Of a stretch of DNA of 39,627 bases, positions 16,602 to 23,951 are shown in pieces (position 1 is the first letter of the stretch; every line of letters starts with the position of its first letter). This DNA is from Clostridiales bacterium. GTDB taxonomy: Bacteria; Bacillota; Clostridia; Christensenellales; DUVY01. The DNA lies in NCBI GenBank assembly GCA_012512255.1, contig JAAZDJ010000032.1:1-39627 (forward strand), read 5' to 3'. The notes below the pieces were generated by a model. That model was given only the letters and a program-made list of their open reading frames with translations, ran no database searches and was not told where the DNA came from. The translations under genes and the position numbers were made by a program.

Positions 16602-17918
16602 ATGGATGTCGTTGTTGATTCTTTGGAGGGTAAAAATGTAGGCGTCGCGGTAAGCGGCGGCATGGATTCTATGGCGCTTTTACATTGGTTTTTGCAAAAC
16701 CGCCAAAGGTTGAATATTGGGCTTATCGCGATAAATTTTGACCACGGCTTAAGGGATAGTTCCCCCAAAGACAGCCTGTTTGTTATGGATTATTGCAAGT
16801 TAAATAATATACCCTGTTTGTTTTATAAACTGGACTTAAAAAACCCGCCGTCCAAAAATATTGAAAACGCGGCAAGGCTAGCCAGATACCAAATCTTCCA
16901 TAACTTGTTAAGACAAAAAGAAGTGGACTTTGTCGCCACGGCGCACCATGCCGACGACAACGCCGAAACCGTCTTGCTGCATTTGTTCAGGGGCAGCGGG
17001 TTAAGGGGCGTAAGCGGCATAAGACACAAAACGCCCGAGGGGATTATAAGGCCGCTTCTTTATACCCCAAAAGAGGATATAGAAAAATATATAAAGGACA
17101 ACAATATCCCCTATGTGACCGATGAGACCAATTTGAAAACTGATTTTGACAGAAATTATATCAGGATCGTAGTCTTGCCCAAAATTAAAAAAAGGTTTCC
17201 CGCCGCCGTTAAAAATATCGCCGCATTCGCTAAAACCGCGAAAACGGACGACGATTTTATCGGCCGATATGTCCCCGCTTTGCGCCAAAAAAACGGCGAG
17301 GTTTTTATCCCTTTGGACGACTTTGACCAAGCCCCGTCTATAATAAACAGGCAGGTTTTAGGCGCGCTGTGCGCGCTTGGCGTGAAATACGACATAGAAC
17401 AAAAACATATTGAGATGATAAAATCTTTAAAAGACAAGAATGCTGGCAGCCGCTACGATATAAAAGAACAAGTCGTCGCCATAAGGGATTATGACGGCGT
17501 AACCTTGACAAGACTAAATCAACTAAATTTGGAAGGATTTAGCGCGCCTTTTAGCGTCGGCAAAACCAAGCTTCCCACGGGCTTGGTTGAGGTTGAGCTT
17601 TTGGAAGAAAAGCCCGATCTTGATTTTTTAAAAAATTCGCCCGATTTATATATTGACGCGCAAAAACTGCCCCAAGGCTGCGTAATAAGATACCGCCGCG
17701 AAGGAGACATTATAAACAAGCTGGGCGGAGGCGGCAGGGCGTCTTTAAAAGAGTTTTTTATTGACCAAAAAATATTGGCAAGACGGCGCGACTTGACGCC
17801 CATATTAGCCAAAAACAATATAGTTTACGCCATACTTGGGCTTACGATAAGCGAAGATGTTAAAGTTGTTTCCCAGACCCAAAAAATTTATAAGTTAACA
17901 TATTCGGAGGATTACTAA
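16602..17918 (+). CDS. tilS: tRNA(Ile)-lysidine synthetase
   Basis: PP-loop SGGMDS, followed by HHADDNAET. Conserved tilS-hpt pairing, with a 1-nt overlap (taATG) with hpt. Confidence 0.9.
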   Translation: MDVVVDSLEGKNVGVAVSGGMDSMALLHWFLQNRQRLNIGLIAINFDHGLRDSSPKDSLFVMDYCKLNNIPCLFYKLDLKNPPSKNIENAARLARYQIFHNLLRQKEVDFVATAHHADDNAETVLLHLFRGSGLRGVSGIRHKTPEGIIRPLLYTPKEDIEKYIKDNNIPYVTDETNLKTDFDRNYIRIVVLPKIKKRFPAAVKNIAAFAKTAKTDDDFIGRYVPALRQKNGEVFIPLDDFDQAPSIINRQVLGALCALGVKYDIEQKHIEMIKSLKDKNAGSRYDIKEQVVAIRDYDGVTLTRLNQLNLEGFSAPFSVGKTKLPTGLVEVELLEEKPDLDFLKNSPDLYIDAQKLPQGCVIRYRREGDIINKLGGGGRASLKEFFIDQKILARRRDLTPILAKNNIVYAILGLTISEDVKVVSQTQKIYKLTYSEDY

Positions 17919-18457
17919 TGCCAAAAATTACCAAAGTTTTAATTGAAAGCGACAAGATTGCTCATCGCATAAAAGAGTTGGGCGCGCAAATTACCCAAGA
18001 TTACGCCGGCAAAACGGTCTTGATGATAGCCATTTTGCGCGGAAGCGTGATTTTTTTCTCGGATCTTATTAGAGAAATAGACAGCGACAAGGTGGATGTC
18101 GTTATTGATTTTATCTCGGTAAGCAGCTACGGCTCAAGCCACAAAACCACGGGCGAAGTAAGGATGCTAAAGGACGCGGACGAAGCCATAGACGGCAAAG
18201 ATGTGATAATCGTGGAAGATATCGTTGATACGGGCTTGACGCTGCAATATCTAAAAAAAGTGCTGTCTTCGCGCAATCCGGCGTCGCTCAAAGTCTGCTG
18301 TCTTTTGGATAAGCCCGAGAGAAGAAAGGTTGAGATCAGCGCGGATTATCTTGGCTTTACCATACCCAACGAGTTTGTGGTGGGATACGGGTTTGACTAC
18401 GCCCAAAAATACCGCAACCTGAAAGACATCTGCGTGCTGGACCCAAAAGCCAAATAA
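17918..18457 (+). CDS. hpt: Hypoxanthine(-guanine) phosphoribosyltransferase
   Basis: PRPP-binding motif VIIVEDIVDTGLT, and the conserved C-terminus FVVGYGFDYAQKYRNL. Confidence 0.93.
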   Translation: MPKITKVLIESDKIAHRIKELGAQITQDYAGKTVLMIAILRGSVIFFSDLIREIDSDKVDVVIDFISVSSYGSSHKTTGEVRMLKDADEAIDGKDVIIVEDIVDTGLTLQYLKKVLSSRNPASLKVCCLLDKPERRKVEISADYLGFTIPNEFVVGYGFDYAQKYRNLKDICVLDPKAK

Positions 18458-18459
18458 AA

Positions 18460-18537
18460 AAAGGCTGACTCGCGATAAATACATTATATATAATATATTT
18501 ACCGCGAAATCAGCCTTTAGCCAAGACTTTTGTCTTG
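18460..18537 (+). terminator. Two tandem hairpins after hpt (long imperfect AT-rich hairpin plus a short one); putative terminator or processing element
   Basis: aaaggctga (18460-18468) pairs with tcagccttt (18510-18518), enclosing cgcg/cgcg and AT-rich pairs, about 59 nt in total. Then caagac (18522-18527) pairs with gtcttg (18532-18537). There is no clean U tract. Confidence 0.4.
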
Positions 18538-18651
18538 CGCTATTAGAATATGTCGTTTTTAAAAAAATTATTCATAAAATATCGTTCATTCTTGGTTTTT
18601 TAAATAACCAAAATATGTTATAATATAAAATGTAAAATATGAGTTAGGCAA

Positions 18652-19065
18652 ATGAAAGAGCGGCAATACCCTGCCAAAATTGTTCTCAACACTTATGAAA
18701 ACGGTAATCAAACTTTAAGGATAAACACGGACGGCGCCGTAACTTTTCGCGGACAAGGCGTTTTTATTGATTTTAACAGCGAAGATTACCAAATGACAAT
18801 CGGCTTTTCAGAAGACACAATAACCCTAACGCGTATTGGCGAACAATCTTACACGATTATACTATCAAAAGGAAAAACGGAAGAATTTAGGCTTCATACC
18901 AATTATGGAATAATCCCTATCAAAGTAACAGCCAATGAAATTGAGCTCTTGGACAAAGACGGAGTTATTGATTTGACTTTGGATTATTCTATGAAAGCGT
19001 CCCTCTTAACTAGCGTAATCAACTATAAATTAAGTTTAATTTGTACCTATGGAGGAACAAAATGA
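18652..19065 (+). CDS. DUF1934 (YwiB-like) beta-barrel protein
   Basis: 137 aa. The pattern ...TLRINTDGAVTFRGQGVFIDF...ITLTRIGEQSYTIIL...EFRLHTNYG resembles the YwiB family (recalled, not searched). Its stop overlaps the next ATG (ATGA at 19062-19065). Confidence 0.6.
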   Translation: MKERQYPAKIVLNTYENGNQTLRINTDGAVTFRGQGVFIDFNSEDYQMTIGFSEDTITLTRIGEQSYTIILSKGKTEEFRLHTNYGIIPIKVTANEIELLDKDGVIDLTLDYSMKASLLTSVINYKLSLICTYGGTK

Positions 19066-19715
19066 AATTGCAATGGCTGGGGCATTCTTGTTTTTTGTTG
19101 GAAGAAAGCACAGGCACGGCCATTATTACCGACCCTTACGATAAAAAGTTGACAGGGTTTGAAATGCCCGGTCTTAGAGCCGATGTTGTGACTTGTTCCC
19201 ACAATCATGCCGACCATAACTATGTTATAGGCGTAAAAGGCTCGCCCAAAATCATTAACCGCCCCGGATTGTTTGAGTTCGCGGGCGTCAAAATAACATC
19301 TATCCCGAGCTATCACGACAACCAATCAGGCAAATTAAGGGGCGCCAATTTGGTTTTTAAGTTCAGGATTGACGGCATTGATATTTGCCATATGGGCGAT
19401 ATCGGGCAAGACATTACGCCCGAGCTTGCGGACGCGCTTATGCCCGTCAATATCTTGCTAATACCCGTCGGCGGCAACTACACGATTGACGCCGAACAAG
19501 CTTTTGACTATGTGACTACGCTTATGCCCGATGTGGTTATACCCATGCATTTCAAAACCCCCGATTGCAAAATAGACATAGACAAGCCCGATTCTTTTAT
19601 CAAAATGTTTGACGATTCCGTGGTTTGCTTTGAGGAAGACGTTACGCTGAGATTTGACCGCGACGATTTTGAACAAGACTATACAAGAGTCATAGTCCCT
19701 AAGCGTTACTATTAG
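19062..19715 (+). CDS. Metallo-beta-lactamase-fold hydrolase (UPF0173-like)
   Basis: MKLQWLGHSCFLLE... with a CSHNHADHNY metal motif. GGAGG (19051-19055) lies 6 nt before ATG 19062, so the track's TTG 19041 is less likely. Confidence 0.8.
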   Translation: MKLQWLGHSCFLLEESTGTAIITDPYDKKLTGFEMPGLRADVVTCSHNHADHNYVIGVKGSPKIINRPGLFEFAGVKITSIPSYHDNQSGKLRGANLVFKFRIDGIDICHMGDIGQDITPELADALMPVNILLIPVGGNYTIDAEQAFDYVTTLMPDVVIPMHFKTPDCKIDIDKPDSFIKMFDDSVVCFEEDVTLRFDRDDFEQDYTRVIVPKRYY

Positions 19716-19883
19716 AATTGAAATATTTAGGTATTATTTTAGCGCGCATTGCAAAATCTAACATTAATTATTTTTTCATGCTTTGTTTAATAAAAATATT
19801 ATTAAGAATCATAAGTTATTTTTGATTTTTGAATTCAATTTTTTTGAATATTTTAATATATAAACAGCTTCAAGGAGATATAG

Positions 19884-21299
19884 ATGAATAAGGTCATTAA
19901 CAAAGACACCCTGTCAAAAATGGGTATTTTTGAACTGAGAGAATTTGCCCGAAGCGTAGGCGTGGATTCTCCCACAGTGTATAAAAAAGATGTTTTAATT
20001 GACAAAATAATGGCCGTCTTAGAAGGCGAGATCACGCCCAAACCGCGTTCCAAAAGGGGACGCCCGCCCAAGCCGCTAATTACGGCGCGTACGGACTTGT
20101 CGTATATTAACACGCCTGTGGCGCCCGTGGAAAAAACAAACGGGGTATTGAGCGACTCGGCAACGAGCGAATACGAGGAATTTGAGGAGCGCGAGGGAAT
20201 ACTGGAAATTCATAACGACGGCTATGGTTTTATAAGGGTTAATAATTACGAGCCCAGCGAAAAGGACGCCTATGTGTCCAATCAATTAATCAAAAAATAC
20301 CGCCTAAGAAAAGGCGATATGATAAAAGGGCAGGTGCGCAAACTGCGCGACGAAAAGCAAAACGCCATCGTCAATATATTAAGCATCAACGGCGTCCGTC
20401 CCGAAGACACCCTAAAAAGAGTTAACTTTGACGACCTTATTCCTATTTATCCCAACGAACGGTTTAAGCTTGAATTGCCCAATTCCAGATATGACATCGC
20501 GATAAGAAGCATTGACTTAATAGCGCCTATCGGCAAAGGGCAGCGCGGCATGATAGTAAGCCCGCCCAAAGCCGGAAAGACAACGCTCCTTAAAAAAATA
20601 GCCACTTCAATCGCCGCCAACCATCCCGAGGCGCACCTTATGGTCTTGCTGATTGACGAACGCCCCGAAGAAGTAACCGATATGCAAAGGTCAACCAAGG
20701 GCGAGGTTATATATTCCACATTTGACGAAAGCCCCGAGCACCACACAAGAGCGGCCGAATTGGTTTTGGCGCGCGCGAAGCGGCTTGTGGAGATGAAAAA
20801 GGATGTGGTAATATTGCTAGACAGCTTGACAAGGCTGGCAAGAGCTTATAACCTCACTATCCCGCCTACGGGCAGGACCTTGAGCGGCGGCATTGACCCG
20901 GGCGCGCTATACAGCCCAAAAAGGTTTTTCGGCTCGGCGCGTAATATAGAAAACGGCGGAAGCCTGACCATAATCGCCACGGCCTTAATAGACACGGGCT
21001 CCAGAATGGACGATGTCATCTACGAAGAGTTTAAGGGCACGGGCAATATGGAAATCCATTTGGACAGGAGATTGAGCGAAAAACGCATCTTCCCTGCTAT
21101 TGACCTTGCCAAGAGCAGCACAAGGCGCGAAGAATTATTGCTGTCCCAAAAAGAACTTGAAGGCATCTGGTCTATAAGAAGGATACTCTCGGTGGGCGAC
21201 ACCCAAGAAGCCACCGAACAGCTTATTACCATGATGTCTAAGACCAATAACAATTTGGAATTTATAGATAACCTTCAATTATGGTTAAAAAACCTATAA
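19884..21299 (+). CDS. rho: Transcription termination factor Rho (with a roughly 50-aa N-terminal insertion)
   Basis: N-terminal helix bundle, CSD-like GILEIHNDGYGFIR, Walker A GKGQRGMIVSPPKAGKTT, and LLDSLTRLARAYN. AAGGAG SD lies upstream. Confidence 0.95.
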   Translation: MNKVINKDTLSKMGIFELREFARSVGVDSPTVYKKDVLIDKIMAVLEGEITPKPRSKRGRPPKPLITARTDLSYINTPVAPVEKTNGVLSDSATSEYEEFEEREGILEIHNDGYGFIRVNNYEPSEKDAYVSNQLIKKYRLRKGDMIKGQVRKLRDEKQNAIVNILSINGVRPEDTLKRVNFDDLIPIYPNERFKLELPNSRYDIAIRSIDLIAPIGKGQRGMIVSPPKAGKTTLLKKIATSIAANHPEAHLMVLLIDERPEEVTDMQRSTKGEVIYSTFDESPEHHTRAAELVLARAKRLVEMKKDVVILLDSLTRLARAYNLTIPPTGRTLSGGIDPGALYSPKRFFGSARNIENGGSLTIIATALIDTGSRMDDVIYEEFKGTGNMEIHLDRRLSEKRIFPAIDLAKSSTRREELLLSQKELEGIWSIRRILSVGDTQEATEQLITMMSKTNNNLEFIDNLQLWLKNL

Positions 21300-21340
21300 A
21301 TTGTTTTTTATAATATACCTAAGGATAATTAATAAAAATT

Positions 21341-21371
21341 AAAAACTCTCTTTTAAAAAAGAGAGTTTTTT
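21341..21371. terminator. Bidirectional intrinsic terminator between rho and the convergent zinc-ribbon gene
   Basis: aaaaactctcttt (21341-21353) pairs with aaagagagttttt (21358-21370). The loop is 4 nt, and the A and T runs form the outer stem pairs and can serve as U tails in both orientations. Confidence 0.85.
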
Positions 21372-21389
21372 CCAAAAGCCATTTATTAA

Positions 21390-21560
21390 TTATTTGCGAT
21401 ATCCGCGCTCGGCGTTATATCTTTGCTTTTTGGCTTTTCTGCATTCGGGGCATCTTGTGGGCTCGTTGACAAAGCCTTTTTGCTGATAAAAGTTTTGTTC
21501 GCCTTCTGTGAACAAAAACTCTTGGTTGCAATCCCTGCAGACAAGTTTTTTATCGGGCAC
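21390..21560 (-). CDS. Small zinc-ribbon protein (CxxC...CxxC, zf-trcl-like), unknown function
   Basis: 56 aa: VPDKKLVCRDCNQEFLFTEGEQNFYQQKGFVNEPTRCPECRKAKKQRYNAERGYRK. GTG start at 21560, with GGAGG (21572-21568) 7 nt upstream. The track's longer ORF begins at a TTG with no SD. Confidence 0.7.
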   Translation of the reverse strand: MPDKKLVCRDCNQEFLFTEGEQNFYQQKGFVNEPTRCPECRKAKKQRYNAERGYRK

Positions 21561-21610
21561 GATACTACCTCCTATTAATTTTCCATATAGTCTATTTAGG
21601 AGATAGTATC
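21561..21610 (-). promoter_or_regulatory. SD-sequestering stem-loop in the 5' UTR of the zinc-ribbon gene
   Basis: On the minus-strand RNA, GAUACUAUCUCCUA (21610-21597) pairs with UAGGAGGUAGUAUC (21574-21561). That gives 14 bp including one G-U pair, with a 22-nt loop. The 3' arm contains the GGAGG and ends 1 nt before the GTG. Confidence 0.6.
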
Positions 21611-21665
21611 TTGTTTTCCAAAAAAACAAAGATATTCCTAAAACAGATTCTTACGGATTAAAAAA

Positions 21666-21694
21666 ATTATATCAAAAGACGCGTATTTTGGCAA
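21666..21694 (-). promoter_or_regulatory. Sigma-A promoter for the zinc-ribbon gene: TTGCCA, 17 nt, TATAAT (minus strand)
   Basis: -35 TTGCCA at 21694-21689 and -10 TATAAT at 21671-21666. This predicts a 5' UTR of about 100 nt. Confidence 0.6.
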
Positions 21695-21709
21695 TAAAAT
21701 TTGTCGGCG

Positions 21710-21925
21710 TTATTGATGGTTGTTGCGAGTCTCTTTGGCTTTTTTGCTGTAATAATAGCTGCAAAACATAAAATAGATGAGGCAAATCGTCACAATGCCC
21801 AAATTAACCAAAACGAATGCCGATATATTGGTCAATGAAATATAAATTACTATTGAAAGCCAACTTAAAAAAGTCAAAATAAAGCCGACAAAATAATAAA
21901 TGGCATACTTTTTATAGATGTTCAT
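21710..21925 (-). CDS. Small two-TM membrane protein, unknown function
   Basis: 71 aa with two hydrophobic helices (YYFVGFILTFLSWLSIVIYI and FVLVNLGIVTICLIYFMF). GAGGGG SD lies directly upstream of the ATG. Confidence 0.55.
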   Translation of the reverse strand: MNIYKKYAIYYFVGFILTFLSWLSIVIYISLTNISAFVLVNLGIVTICLIYFMFCSYYYSKKAKETRNNHQ

Positions 21926-22108
21926 TTCCCCTCAAACTGAACACTACATCCCAAAGCAAATTTTTATCTTTTGAAACCGGCCCCTAAAAATTATAACGCT
22001 AAAAAAATACGCAACAAAAATATTTTAGAAAACTAACATTATAAACTATATAACAATAATTATTTATTGTCAAATGATTTTTTGAATTATTTGAATGAAA
22101 ATATAGAA

Positions 22109-22130
22109 TAAAAAGGCAAGCGCCTTTTTT
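22109..22130 (-). terminator. Intrinsic terminator downstream of the ppx-like gene
   Basis: Minus-strand RNA AAAGGC-GCUU-GCCUUU followed by a U-rich tail. It abuts the stop codon at 22130-22132. Confidence 0.55.
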
Positions 22131-23017
22131 TAAATATTTTTTAAAATACAATATCCTTCCAAATTGTCTTTTTCGCTTATTTGGATGGCTTTTATGTTAA
22201 GATGTCCCATTAGCTCAAGCGCCCACAGCGCGCCGTATTTTATTGTTTTGGCCCTTTCCCCCAAAAACTCATATTCGTTATAAATCTGGTTTTCGTCTTT
22301 TGGCCATAAGCTCTTTTGCAAATTTTGCAGCGCGCCGTATTTTATGATACTGTTATGCGTTTTTTGGGCGTCATAGGCCTTTAAGCCCAATAGCATCGCC
22401 GATAGGCTGCAAAAAGCGCCGCCTACGCCCGCAAAGCTTTCGGCCTTTATTTGCCCGCATTGTTCCAAAGCCTCAATTATTTGACTTTTAAATTGGTTTT
22501 GGTCGTTCAAATACAAATCCCTAAGGCTTACCGCGCCGATTGGCAGGCTTTTAGAAAAAATAATTTTTTGGGGCGAAACCCCTACGGTTATTTCGGTGCT
22601 CGCGCCGCCTATGTCTATAACGCCTATGTTTACGCGTTCGGGCATGTCGCTTGCGGCGCCCAAAAAACCGCACAACGCCTCGGTCGCGCCATCCAAAATT
22701 TCCAAATCAAGACCTGTTTGGTTATATATTAACTTTTTTAAATAATCCGAGTTTTTGGCTATGCGCGCGGCTTGGGTCGCAAAAATATGTATATCTTGCG
22801 CGCCCGCCTTTTTGGCCGCCGCTAAATAACCCAACACGGCGTCTAACGAGCGCTTTACGCCCGCTTCGGATAAAACGCCGCTTAGGCTTAAGCCCTCGCC
22901 TAAGCGCGTAACTTTGCTTTGTTTGGAATAATTTTGGCCCGTAAGCAACATCCTTACGGAATTAGAACCCAAATCAATTACCGCCCGCGTCTTTGGGCGT
23001 GAAGACTTTTTCGCCAT
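22130..23017 (-). CDS. Ppx/GppA-family phosphatase (short, N-terminal ASKHA-fold form)
   Basis: AVIDLGSNSVRMLL and IDIGGASTEI ASKHA phosphate-binding motifs. Its start overlaps the 3' end of divIC by 44 nt. Confidence 0.8.
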   Translation of the reverse strand: MAKKSSRPKTRAVIDLGSNSVRMLLTGQNYSKQSKVTRLGEGLSLSGVLSEAGVKRSLDAVLGYLAAAKKAGAQDIHIFATQAARIAKNSDYLKKLIYNQTGLDLEILDGATEALCGFLGAASDMPERVNIGVIDIGGASTEITVGVSPQKIIFSKSLPIGAVSLRDLYLNDQNQFKSQIIEALEQCGQIKAESFAGVGGAFCSLSAMLLGLKAYDAQKTHNSIIKYGALQNLQKSLWPKDENQIYNEYEFLGERAKTIKYGALWALELMGHLNIKAIQISEKDNLEGYCILKNI

Positions 23018-23267
23018 CTTGCGTTAATCCTAATTTTTCTCGCGCGTATTTTTCTATATAATCAGGGTTGGACCTGCTTTGCAGTTCGTTGTTTATTTGT
23101 TCGGCCGCCAAATCCAATTCGGTCAGTTTTTTTCTTAACTCCTCTTGCCTGGCTTTTAGCCTAAAAATGGTGATAATATTGATTGTCAAGGCAATCAGCA
23201 TTACTACCAAAAGGGCAACCGCCGCAATGGCGATAAGCTGCCGCCTTCTTATCCTTGGGCTTGCCAT
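22974..23267 (-). CDS. divIC: Septum formation initiator DivIC/FtsB family
   Basis: 97 aa with one TM (LIAIAAVALLVVMLIALTI), a coiled coil (RLKARQEELRKKLTELDLAAEQI) and DYIEKYAREKLGL. Conserved yabP-yabQ-divIC order. Confidence 0.88.
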   Translation of the reverse strand: MASPRIRRRQLIAIAAVALLVVMLIALTINIITIFRLKARQEELRKKLTELDLAAEQINNELQSRSNPDYIEKYAREKLGLTQDGEKVFTPKDAGGN

Positions 23268-23276
23268 TATTCCCCC

Positions 23277-23618
23277 TTATCTTTCAGGCTTATGGTTGTC
23301 TTTTATTAATTTACAAATTTGATTATACACTATGTTTCTAAGCGATATAAAGTGTTTGCCCAAAATCTTTTTTAACAAAAAAAAGCCCAAAAGATAAGAA
23401 AAAACCGAATATAGTCGAATTTCGCCGTAACTTATCAAAAACGCCCAAAACAAAAGTCCGGCGCCCGTTACGGCCGTCAACAATATATCTATAATTATAT
23501 TATAAATAAAATTAGCCGATATTGTTTTGAATACGCGCAAAATTTCGTATATCAGCCCGTTGATAATCCCGCCAAACAAAAAGGCGAGAAAGATAAGCCC
23601 TTGACCCGTATTGATCAT
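23277..23618 (-). CDS. yabQ: Spore cortex biosynthesis protein YabQ
   Basis: 113-aa polytopic membrane protein (LIFLAFLFGGIINGLIYEILRVF...). It lies immediately after yabP with a 1-nt overlap (taATG). Confidence 0.8.
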   Translation of the reverse strand: MINTGQGLIFLAFLFGGIINGLIYEILRVFKTISANFIYNIIIDILLTAVTGAGLLFWAFLISYGEIRLYSVFSYLLGFFLLKKILGKHFISLRNIVYNQICKLIKDNHKPER

Positions 23619-23893
23619 TATTTAAAAAGCCTTTTTAAAAATCCCCGCGTCCGCGCTTGGTCGTATTTAAAGGTATTGAACTCCCCCGTTACCACAAGCC
23701 CGCCCTCGTCGGCGTTGTATTTTTGGATTTTTATTTCCGCGCCCGAGATTTCCAACAAGCCTACGGCCGTATCAACCAGCACCAGAGTGTCGTTGGCGCT
23801 TATGACTTCTTTAACGCCCGTTACTAAGGTCTTTTTTCTTAAGTCGCATTGCAGCGAATGCGCCTTAGGGGCTGTATTATTTTCCATAGACAT
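23618..23893 (-). CDS. yabP: Sporulation protein YabP
   Basis: 91 aa. ...HSLQCDLRKKTLVTGVKEVISANDTLVLVDTAVGLLEISGAEIKIQKYNADEGGLVVTGEF matches the YabP family. AAGGTG SD lies upstream. Confidence 0.88.
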   Translation of the reverse strand: MSMENNTAPKAHSLQCDLRKKTLVTGVKEVISANDTLVLVDTAVGLLEISGAEIKIQKYNADEGGLVVTGEFNTFKYDQARTRGFLKRLFK

Positions 23894-23951
23894 AACACCA
23901 CACCTTAATATGTTCTTATATATCTTTATTATTCCCTAAGGCGCGTATATG

